A stretch of DNA of 64,000 bases from Eledone cirrhosa (lineage: Eukaryota): assembly GCA_964016885.1 (NCBI GenBank), contig OZ024743.1, positions 48,608,001-48,672,000 of the forward strand, read 5' to 3'. Shown one piece after another: positions 13,596-24,759 of the stretch. Under the pieces are notes generated by a model. That model ran no database searches and was not told where the DNA came from. It saw nothing but the letters and a program-made list of their open reading frames with translations. Numbering within the stretch: position 1 is the first letter of the stretch; each line of letters starts with the position of its first letter. The translations under genes and the position numbers were made by a program.

Positions 13596-16500
13596 TTAAA
13601 AAGGACCAATCATAAGTCAGCGGCCTATGCTATCACTTCTTCTGGTTGCTTTTCATATGATGGATGGACTAGGGGATTCTGGAGAGTCTGAAAAATCTGG
13701 ACACTCAGTGATAAAGACAAATTCACCTCATGCTGCCGGACGAAAAGGCAAGGACTCCTCCTCTTTATTTCGGCCGCGGATGGCCAACATAACCCCAACC
13801 CCATCCCCCTCACCTCTCCCCGCGCCCCACTGTCCCCACCCACCAAACGCAACCCAAAACTTCAGAGTTGGTACCAGGAATGTAGGCACCTTAAAAGGTC
13901 ACTCTAACGAGGTTGTAGAAGTGCTTGAGCGTAAGGAGGTTGATGTTTGCTGTATCCAAGAGACCAGGTGGAGGGGTGGGTCTGCTAGATTCATTGTGGG
14001 TAAAAAACGATGCTATAAGCTTTTCTGGGTGGGAAACGACAATGGGCTGGGTGGGGTAGGAATCATGTTAGAAAAATGGGTGGATAAGATAATAGACGTA
14101 AATAGAGTGAACGACAGAATAATTAAAATAAGACTTGTCCTAAATAGAACTACTGTGACAGTAATATCTGCGTACGCACCCCAATCCGGACTGCCTGGCG
14201 TTATAAAAGACAGATTCTATGAGACATTGATGCTCACTACCTCCCAAATAACCAACAGTGACTACATAATTATTGCTGGCGACCTAAATGGTCACGTTGG
14301 ACAACATTGTGATGGCTATGACGGAATCCATGGAGGCTATGGGTTTGGTACTAGAAATGAGGAAGGCTCCAGAATCCTGGAATTCTGTGATGCAAATAAC
14401 CTATCTGTAACACTAACTTCAAAAAACGAGACAATCACCTGATCACCTATAGATCCGAGGAACACGCCAGTCAGATAGATATATCCTTACCAGAAGACGT
14501 GACAGAGTGTCTGTTGTAAACACTAAATCCCTCCCCCATGAAGAATGCACCCCCCAACATAGACTCATAGTCAGGACAAGACATACTCGACAACAGAGGA
14601 GGACTATCTTCAGGAGAAAAATATGGAAGCTAAAGGACCCCACAGCCAGTAATAAATTTATAAGCATATTACTTGATGCTTTTGGCAGTAAGGAAGAGCA
14701 ATTAGAGTCGTACAATATAGAGGAACAGTGGGAATTCCTGAAAGATAACCTGCTGAAGGCGGCAGATGAAGTCTGTGGCTGGAGCAGACCTATAGGCAGG
14801 AGGAGAGTAACATGGTGGTGGAACAGTAAGGTGGAGGAGTCAATTAAGGCCAAAAAGCAGGCTTGGAAAGTATGCTGGGATGGGGATTAGAGAAGACTAT
14901 CAAGTGGCCAGGAGGGAAGCTAGGAGACAAGTGTACTTCACAAGAAGGGAAGCAGAGGAAAGAAAGTTCAAGCATGTTCTACAACGCGAGGACCAAAAAC
15001 GGGAAGTGTTCAGGATTGCTAGGCAATGTGTCAAGGAAAACCGTGATATTGTCGGAGATAAGTGTGTCCTTAATGATGATGGTGCACTTGCCATCACTGA
15101 CGCTGATAAGAAGGTAGCTTGGAAGTGTCACTATGAAAGGCTACTAAATGAGGAGAATAAATGGGAGAAAGACAGTCTCCCCCACATCGATCCAGCAGTG
15201 CTAGTTGAAGGTAGTATAATAAGTAAGGCAATCAAAGATATGAAGACGGGTAAGGCAGCTGGGCCTTTGGAAATAGTTGCTGAAATGCTGAAAGCATCTG
15301 GAACGGTGGGACACACTATGGTCACCCGGATAGTAAACCAAGTCATACAGAATGGGGTCGTTCTGAAGGACTGGCGTAGCAGCAGCATCATTAACTGCTA
15401 CAAGGGTAAAGGAGATGCCCTAGATAGGGGTAACTATAGAGGCATTAAATTAATCGACCAGGTCATGAAGGTCACAGAAAAAGTAATAGCGCAACTAATC
15501 AGAGAGCGAATTGATCTAGATGAAATGCAGTTCACGTTTGTGTCAGGTAAAAGTACCACAGATGCTCTTTTCATTGTACGACAACTACAGGAGAAGTACC
15601 TAGCTAAAAGTAAACCCCTATACTTAGCTTTTGTTGACTTGGAGAAAGCCTTTGACAGAGACCCCGTTCCATTATCTGGTAGGCTCTTAGAAAACTAGGT
15701 GTTGATGAATGGCTTGTGAGAGCTATACAAGCCATGTATAAAGAAACAGTCAGCAGGTTAGAATTAACAACGAATATAGTGAAGAGTTTAGTGTAAAAGT
15801 TGGTGTTCATCAGGGCTCTCTTCTTAGCCCCCTACTATTTATTATTGCCCTTCAGGCTATAACAGAGGAGTTCAAGACCGGCTGCCCATGGGAACTCCTA
15901 TACGCAGATGATCTAACGCTCATAGCTGAATCAATGGCCGAACTAGAGAAGAAATTCCAAACATGGAAGCATGGCCTAGAATCAAAAGGCCTTAAAATTA
16001 ACCTGTCTAAGACTAAAGTTCTAGTTTGTAGGAAGGAAAATAGGGCACCGGTCCCATCTGGGAAATGGCCATGCTCAGTGTGTAGGAAAGGAGTAGGCAG
16101 AAACTCCATTTTATGTCCCAAATGCAAAGTATGGGTGCATAAAAGATGTAGTGGGATCACAGGTAAGCTAACTAAGAATATAGATTTTATATGTGGGCGG
16201 TGCTCTGGTGCAATAAGAAGCAGCAAGTGCCCACAGAATACTAGCTCATTCCATTGCACAGATGGTTCTATAGAAATAGTGGACACCTTCCATTACCTGG
16301 GTGACAAAATCAGCAGTGGTGGAGGGTGCTCTGAAAGTACAGTAGCTAGAGTCAGAACGGGATGGAAAAAGTTCAGAGAGCTTATACCACTATTGGCCGC
16401 TAAAGGGTTCTCTCTAAAAATGAAAGGCAGGCTGTATGATGCCTGCATACGAACAGCAATGTTACATGGCAGTGAGACTTGGGCATTGTGTGCAGAGGAT

Positions 16501-17113
16501 ATACGCAGACTGAAGAGGAACGAAGCTTGCATGCTCCGCTGGATGTGTAATAGTAATATACGTGAACGGCAAAGCATAAACGAACTAAGGGAAAAATTAG
16601 AAATAAGAGGGATCAGATGTTGTTTACTCGAGAGATGGCTACGTTGGTATGGTCACGTGATGCGCATGAAAGACGACAGCTGTATAAAAAAGTGCAGGGC
16701 GATAAAAATAGACGGTAGCCACGGAGTAGGCAGACCCAGAAAAACCTGGGACGACTTGATAAATTCCGACCTCACACACTTACACCTCTCCAAGACAATG
16801 TCACTGGACCGAGATCTTTGGTACTACACAGTAATACAGAAGACCCGCCTTGCCTAAGTACAAAGTGAAACCTACAGTCAGTAGGCACCTCTAACAAAAA
16901 TACACCCCCACCCCATTCAATGTAAAGTTATGTTGGTACCACAATATCCAGTCCGAAACAAATGAGGTCGTGTAGGTGTCACGACAAAAAAACACACAGT
17001 CCACGCTGTAATGTGGCCTTGTAGGTAACACGGTAAAAATCTCCCAGTCCACACTGTAAACGTGGTTGGTGTTAGGAAGGGCATCCCGCCGTAGAAAAAA
17101 ACCCGCCAGACAG
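13596..17113 (+). mobile_element. Near full-length RTE-clade LINE, family A copy A1 (APE endonuclease, RT with PHD insert), frameshifted and 3'-truncated
   Basis: APE motifs: VGTRNVGTL, CIQETRW, ISAYAPQ, AGDLNGHVG. Linker: TWWWN. RT motifs: NYRGIKL, FVDLEKAFDR, HQGS..SPLLF, LLYADDL, YLGDKI. The RTE-type C-terminus reads LRWYGHVMRM..GRPRKTW. ORF pieces: 13627-14442, 14507-14890, 14880-15698, 15934-16857. Confidence 0.95.
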
Positions 17114-17249
17114 ATCGCTAAATCGCCTAATGCGGTCCTTAGGGCAGGACCATAAGTATTACATGTGTAAAGTTTGAAAACAATTGGTTGGGTGGTTCTC
17201 GAGTTTTAGTGAGCTGACAGACAGACATTCTCTGTTTTAGATATATAGA
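17114..17249 (-). mobile_element. Probable 5' end of a non-autonomous Helitron
   Basis: The minus strand starts A|TCTATATATCT followed by (TGTC)n, resembling Helitron-derived repeats. Confidence 0.4.
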
Positions 17250-17609
17250 TTAATCTTTAATGCATAATCATTTCATATTCTGTTGATTAATTTACTTATT
17301 AATTTTTGTATGTGCCTGGGGTTGATAATGAGTCAAAGATTCTAGGAAAGGCTCGATGATCTAGAATATTTATAGACGATCCTGCAATAGACTATCTGGT
17401 CTGAGATATACAATGAAGTGAAATGATCATGACTGCTCAACAGCAATAGCAACGTGGGTGACAAGTGAATTCCAGAAGACTGACGTACTGGGGCAGTATC
17501 TCATATTAGTAAGATTTTACATGTCATGTCTTGTACAAAATTAGTATGTTATGAGCAGCCAGATTAACAGGAGCAGAAGACACTAAATTCTGTAAATTGT
17601 CAGGTGAAG

Positions 17610-17932
17610 ACCCGACCCCCCACAGGAACAAGCCGAAGCTGAAGCATATAGACAATATGCCCCCACTGCAAAGTTGTTGTGGAGGTACCACGGCAAAAAA
17701 GCACCCAGCCCACACTGTAAAGTGGATGTGTAGGCACCACGGAAAAAAGCATCTAGCACTCACTATAAATGAGGTTGGTGTTATGAAGGGTATCCAGCTG
17801 TAGAAATCAAGCCAGAATCAGTTCCTGTATGAGCAAGGCATGGTCAGCCGACCGGACACTGCCCACAACAGGACAACCCGTCTAACCCATGCTAGCGTGG
17901 AAGAACGGACATAAAACGATGATATGATGATG
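17610..17932 (+). mobile_element. RTE family B 3'-UTR fragment
   Basis: Nearly identical to the reverse complement of 12345-12660, with a (GAT)n tail. Confidence 0.85.
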
Positions 17933-18099
17933 TCAAGTATAAATATATCATCATCACCATTTAAAGTCAATTTTTCCATGCTAGAATGGGTTAGACAAGT
18001 TGTCCCATTCGAGGCAAGTCAGGTCAAGTGACTGTGTTTTGCTCATACAGAACTGTTTCTGGCTTGGTTTTGATGGCTGGATGCCCTTCTTAATGCCAA

Positions 18100-18410
18100 C
18101 CACATTTACAGTGTGGACTAGCTACTTTTTATCACGGCATCAAAACAATCACTTTACAGTGTGGGCTGGGCACTTTTTGTCGTGTCACCAACACAACTAT
18201 TTTATAGTGTTGACTGGGCTCTTTTTGTCGTGTCACCAACACAACTATTTTATAGTGTTGACTGGGCTCTTTTTGTCGTAACACCAACACAACTATTTTA
18301 TAGTGTTGACTGGGCTCTTTTTGTCGTAACACCAACACAACTATTTTATAGTGTTGACTGGGCGCTTTTTGTCATGGCACCAAAATTACCACTTTACAGT
18401 GTGGACTGGG
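18100..18410 (-). repeat. 48-bp tandem array (~6 units) expanded from an RTE 3'-UTR subrepeat, within fragment 17948-18410
   Basis: Unit TTTATAGTGTTGACTGGGCTCTTTTTGTCGT(G/A)(T/A)CACCAACACAACTAT. The ORF track shows 16-aa periodicity. Confidence 0.9.
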
Positions 18411-19239
18411 GGAAAGGATGTGTGTATAAGGATGTGAGTGGGGGTGGGTGGGGTGTTATCATTATTATTTTTATCAGAGTTCTAGTCTGACAGTTATATG
18501 TATGTACACACTCATCATCATTTTATGTCTGTTGTTCCATGTTTGCATTGATTGGATGGGTCCTTTTTGGTACAGCATCTCTTCAGTTGTTACATTCTTT
18601 TGCCATCTCTTCCGTGACCTATAGCAATCTGATATCAGCTCACACTACTTCCATCCAGGTCTTCCTCTACTGCAGCTTCCTTCCACTGGGATTTCCAGCA
18701 ATCATCATCCATGTGAATCACCTGTCCATACCAATGCAGTACTAATCTTCTGCACACTACTTCTGATTCCTTTTCTACCCAGTTTCTCACTCAGTTCATC
18801 CATGCTTTGTCTTTCTCCTACATTATTTTGCACATCTATCAAAGCATACTTGTCTCATTTCTCTCCAGTTTTGTATGAGCAAGACAAGGTCAGCCGACCG
18901 AGCATTTCTCACAACGGGACAAATCCTCTAACCCATGCTAGCGTGGAAAAATGTAGGTTAAACGGTGATGATGATGGTCTTACAAGTTTAAAACTGGTAA
19001 ATCCCAATCTCTCTATATTTATATATACATAGTTAAAAATGAAACTAACGAATATAAAAAATATATAAATTTGGCTTTCTTGAATTATCCAAATGTTTTG
19101 TTTTCGCATTAATACATCTAAATTATCTCAATATGTTTCTCCCCCTCCACTAGTACACATGCTTTTAAAATTGAGTTATTTTTACATATCCAAGAAGCAT
19201 TAATTTTATTTTGTGTGTAAGGCTGAAAATTTCACATGT

Positions 19240-19745
19240 AAATTGCAGGAGCTGGTGCAGAAGTCTGCCTGCTTCAGCATTTGGTAATCAGAAAAGGGGA
19301 GGTAGTTGTAAAAGCCAAACTCTCTATTTTCAATTCGGTATTCATACCAACCCTTACCAATGGTCATGAATCTTGGGTAATGACCAAAAGAATACGATCA
19401 CAAATAGAAGTGCCTGAAATGGGGCTCCTCCAAACGGCCTTTGGAGTAATGTTACTCGATAGAGTGCATCGTTCAGTGATCAGAGAGATGCTACTTCTCC
19501 AAATTGAAAGATCACAACTTCGATACTATGAGCATATGGATAGAATGTCTCAAGAAAGAATCGTTGGACAGATTTTATGGACAAAACTAACTGGCGGTAG
19601 ACCCCCAAAAAGATAATAACATTCATGAGCTTGGCTGGCCACGACTTGGGATCCAGCCAGATCAGTTGGAAATGATTGCATCTAACAGGACCTACTGGAA
19701 GGTCTGAGGATTCTGCCCCAACGACCAAGGAAGAGGAGGTAATTA
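19240..19745 (+). mobile_element. Expander/Rex3-like RTE 3' fragment
   Basis: KAKLSIFNSVFIPTLTNGHESWVMTKRIRSQIEVPEMG...LLLQIERSQLRYYEH. Confidence 0.85.
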
Positions 19746-19944
19746 CGCTAAAACGAAACTTATTCATTTCGTTTATTTAAGAAAGAAAGTTATTTTTTAC
19801 ACTGCCCTTTAGTGTTAGTTTCATTTTTAATCAGTCACGTTATTAATTTTGATCCATGCATAGTAATATCGATTATATTGCCTGGCAATTGCTTGATGAC
19901 AAAACACTTCTGAAAAGAACTGATCAGAGCATACAAATTAGTTA

Positions 19945-21480
19945 ATCAGTATCGGTAGAGGGTCGGACGCCATGCTTTCCAGCATAGTTACGTCCCTTTA
20001 TGATCTTAGTTCAAATCCCGCCGAGGTTGACTTTGCCTTTCATCCTTACAGGGTCGATAAAATAAAGTACCAGTCATGCACTGGGTAATTGCTGGCCTTG
20101 TGCCTAAAGTAGAAACAATTATTTAGGCAAACAAAGGGCGATGGATTGGCAGTATTTGTAGAGGGTCGTACGCCATGCTTTGCAGCATAGAGTTACGGCC
20201 CCTTATGGTCTAAGTTCAAATCCCGCCTTTCATCCTTACGGGGTCGATAAAATAAAGTACCAGTAATACACTATGATAATTGCTGGCCTTGTGCCAAAAG
20301 TAGAAACAATTACTTAGACAAACGTATCCAGGACCATGCGTATATATATGTATGTGTGTGATAAACTTAGGAAAATTAACAAAGAGAGGACAAGACAATT
20401 AACGAAAATAAGGCAAAATGAAAAATATTTTTTAAGGGGAAAACCACGGAAGACTACAGACTCACGGGTCTTTGAGATGTACTTTGGCAATTTCAACCCC
20501 TGCCACGGTACTGCTGGTTCGATCGGGGTCACAGCGTCTGACACAAGTCAAAACGCTGTCCGTGGAGTAAGAGACTAGAAAAAACAATAATTTATAATAG
20601 TTAAACTATAATATGTATACATTCAATTTATGTGACGTCAAGGAAAACGTATTGTACTTTATATAGCACGGGAGTCTCATGAGTGAAACAAAGGAGAAAA
20701 AAGAAGAATAGGATGGGAAAAGGGCAAGAAGAAGAAAGTAAGATATCGTGTTAAAAAATGTGAGCCATTGAAATTAATGGAGGGAGAAAAGAGAATACGT
20801 TCGTCACAGATTAGTAATGACAAACTTAGGAAAATTAACAATTTCTTTTTTGTACAACAACATGGAATAACATAAGAAAACTTAAATTAGACCATTTTTG
20901 CTATGTTTATTTAAAAAGACCATGTCAACATTTAGAATCCTGCAACAGTTTGCGCGTTCCAGATAAGCCAACTCCATAACCTTGTTGGTGTTATTTCACC
21001 TCAATTAAGGGCGGTGAATTGGCAGTATCGGTAGAGGGTTGGACGCCATGCTTTCTAGCATAGTTACGTCCCTTTACAGTCTGAGTTCAAATCCCGCCGA
21101 GGTTAACTTTGCCTTTCATCCTTACGGGGTTGATAAAATAAAGTACCAGTAATGTACTGAGTTATTGATGGCCTTGTGCCAAAAGTGGAAACAATTATTT
21201 TCAGTTAATCAGGGCAGTGAATTGGCAGTATCGGTAGAGGGTCAGACGCTTTGCTAAAGTAGAAACAGTTATTTCACCTCAATTATATCGCTGAGTCCTC
21301 TTCTGTAAATAATTGTTTCTACTATTGGCACAAGGCCAGCAATTATTCAGTACATTACTGGTACCTTATTTTATCGACCCCGTAAGGATGAAAGGCAAAG
21401 TTAACCTCGGCGGGATTTGAACTCAGAATGCGTCAAAGCATGGAGTCTGACACTCTACCGATGCTGCCAATTCACCAATG
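19945..21480. mobile_element. Cluster of five copies of the tRNA-like SINE (four plus, one minus)
   Basis: Repeated TGGCAGTATCGGTAGAGGGTCGGACGCCATGC...GTTCAAATCCCGCCGAGG...GCCTTTCATCCTTACGGGGTCGATAAAATAAAGTACCAG. Confidence 0.85.
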
Positions 21481-22449
21481 TGAGTTTGTTTCTATGTAAT
21501 CAATGATTTAGCCAATCGATTAATTTCAATATGCTAAGCACAAGGGAAGTAAGTATAAAAAAAATAAACTCCTCCGAATTAACTCCCTTGTAAAGCTATT
21601 CATTTTCGATCTTCTAATTTAAATCTAATATTCATATGATATCTATTTAAAAGCTATTCAAAATGGTTTTTCTTCGGACAAAAAAAAAAGCTACAACAAA
21701 AACCATATATAATAAACAGTATAAAGGATATTTTGTGTCTGCTTTCTTAAAATTAACGTTGCGTGTTTTTATGCACATGTATTGTTCCATTCCTTAATGT
21801 TTTCATTTGCTGGTTTATGTTTGTAGTTGATTAAATGTCAAGCTTTCCAACTTCATGTCGATGATAAATAATATCAATCAGGATGTCAGATATTCTACAG
21901 CAAAGCAATAGGATTCCTACAACTATAAATTGCAGGGGTTGGAGGAACGAATTTGTCATCAATATAAGCGAAAACATTAAAAATGTGTATTATTGACAAA
22001 GTTACGAAGAAACTCAGTCAGAGGGGAACACTAAACTGTAGCTATGGCCATATGTTTATTACCAAGTACAATTATATACTCGTGTGAGAAACTTTTAAAA
22101 AGTAATAATGTAACTAAACTAGATGGAATAACCCATACTTTTAGAATTAAATTAACTGCTGATTTATCAAACACCGGTTTTATACAATCGGAAGTTTACT
22201 GGAAAGACGTCACATTGAAGACATCTGGCTAACCAGTTTATAACGTCACTTCCTTCTAAAAACAACTGTATTGAGTTTAATTCAGAAGGAAAGCATAAGA
22301 GGTATCACTCACTGACAATCCAAAAAAGGCGTACGGACAAGGTTACGCGTATAAACAAAGCACAACCTACAGCTATAAATATACTCAATGTTCAGATGTT
22401 TGAAACAGATTTATTCGTACTAGAAAATTATTTTACTTTTAAGTATTTT

Positions 22450-23990
22450 AATGGACGCTGCACACCAGGTCCGAAATCACTGTCATCGCCTCCATCTCTC
22501 TCACCCTCCCCATCTCTCTCTATTATGAGCAAATGGGGCCCCACGACAAAATGGAGAAGGCGTTTCCTCGGAGGATGGTAAGGGAAATGTGCTGGAAGAG
22601 CCTTTCCATATCGCGAGACTCGCACCTGCGGCTAGCCAGCTCAGCACCTATGGTAAGTAGTGAGGTAACCCTAGAGCCAAGAACACTAGAAATCTCCACT
22701 GCTAGGGGCTCGACTGCAAACCTGTCGGAGAGTTTACCTTCCTCAGTTGCAGACTAAACCAGGTTATCGTTGGAGAATGTGTCTTCCGAGGGGAAGATGG
22801 TCATACCGTCTGGCCTTTTCCATCCCCACAGGCTTGAGCTGGGAGGGGAAGTCCACAGCATCCAAGCCATGCTTTATGACCTTGTTGAGGGCAGCATGGC
22901 GTGGAAGGCGGCCGGCACTGTAGCAACAGGAAAACGATTGGAGGCTGAAAGAGTCCACTGGATCCGCAGTGACATTTGTGTGCCTTGCAGATCCGGTGGC
23001 CAAGCCTCAGGGAGATCCCAATGCGCAGGCTATCGTTGTCCAGCTGCGTGCCAGTGGAGAAGGAGAGTCAGGCATGAAGTCAGGTACCACTGAGGAAAAC
23101 ATGCAAAGCGGTGCTGGTCAAGTTGGCGCGCTAGCTTGTCTGAGGCCAGGTTGCATTGGATGGCATCCCAAATAATCTGGGAGACTCAACGTCAGCAAGG
23201 AGTGCTACGAAGAGTATACAGGAGCTTCGGCATGGCGAAGCATTTACTCGGGAAGAGCGATGGGTGGGCATCAACCATGGTCAGTCAGCTTGTGAGGGTC
23301 TTGAGTTGCTGAAGCCTAGACCTGATGGTGGAGCAGATGCCTGGCAGGTGGATTGGTAACCCGAGGATGAGGACATCCTCTTTAGGGGTCACCTGTACCT
23401 GAAGAAGAATGGACCGGATGTCTGAGATGGAAGCCACAAAACTCTCAGCATTGTGGTTGACATTCACCACCTCTGACTTGAACGAGTTGACCTGAAGGCC
23501 GATTCCCACCAGAGCAGGAACCGCCGATTGTACATCGTGACAGACGGTCTCCACGGGCCTGCCCAACGTAGCATCATCCAGGTACCAAACATTGAGGGGG
23601 GGGGGCTGTGATACTCCAAGCAATGTGGTCTATACCAAGAGCAAATAGGAGGAGGCTAAAAGGGTCACCCTGTTGGAACCCAGTGGATGAAGGTATGACT
23701 GTATCAGCAGCAAGGAGCATGCTCAGGGCTCCATATGACGAGTAGGCAGAGGGGTATTGGCTGAGGCAGGCCTCGAGCAGATGGTCACGGCATTGGCAGT
23801 TAAAGGCATTCCTTATGTCAAGCTTGACAATGAGGTGCCTGAAGTCCCTGGATACCGGTTCCGGTGGGCAGCTATTGAAGAGCTGCCCCTCACAACCACC
23901 ATACACGCTGACACTCAGTTACACCGGGCTGAGCTCCTCGCCCAGTTCAGGTGTGATGGACCAGGGTGCCATGGATAAACCAGCTCATAG
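22450..23990 (-). mobile_element. CRE-like non-LTR retrotransposon remnant (RT plus restriction-like endonuclease region)
   Basis: VKLDIRNAFN, GFQQGDPFSLLLFALGI, VWYLDDATLG and RHAALNKVIKHGL; frameshifted. Confidence 0.75.
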
Positions 23991-24404
23991 GTTATTTCAA
24001 TGAAATATAACTTCAATAGTGTTAGAAAATATATTTTTTCTTCTAGCTACATGTTAGAGAACCATGCTATTGCATTACAGCTATCTATATGTGTAGTTCT
24101 TTTTTTAAGAAAGAGGCTATATTGCTGATCCTGGTAAAATAGACCCCCAGGCTATTTTCATATATCCCAAAATTGTTGGCCTTGTGCCTAAATCAGAAAC
24201 CATTATTATGAAGGCAGGTAATGTTAAAACATGGTTTAACGCAGTTTATTTATTTTCACCAATTATTAAGACAATTTAAACACTTACCCTAACCCTCACC
24301 CCATTCATATTTATATTTACGGGTAAGATGAGCTTAACTATAAATAGTCTGTCGTTAGAAATATGCTGATTAAAGAATTATGTCAGAAATTAAAATATAT
24401 GTTG

Positions 24405-24700
24405 GTTACAACATCCAGTCCAAACTAATGAGATCGAGATCATGTAGGTTTCACGACAAAAAACACACAGTTCACACTGTAATGTGGTTGTGTAGGTAAT
24501 GGTAAAAAAAGCTCACAGTCCACACTGTAAATGTGGTTGGTGTTAGGAAGGGCATCCAACCGTAGAAAACCTGCCAGATAGTCCTATACGAGCGAGACAC
24601 GGTCACCCGACCAATCTTGCCTCAAGTGGGACAACTCCCGTCTAACCCATGCTAGCGTGGAAGATGGATGTTAAACGACGATGATGATGATGATGATGAT
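24405..24700 (+). mobile_element. RTE 3'-UTR fragment with (GAT)n tail
   Basis: Reverse-complement match to 7469-7760. Confidence 0.85.
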
Positions 24701-24759
24701 ATTAAAAGCAAACAAAGAACGTAGTCAACGCCAAATTCAATGAATTTGATGTTAAAGGT

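Noticed and set aside
18100-18410. CRISPR-like periodic array
   Set aside because: The units are contiguous with no unique spacers, derive from the RTE 3' UTR, and lie in a eukaryotic context with no cas genes.
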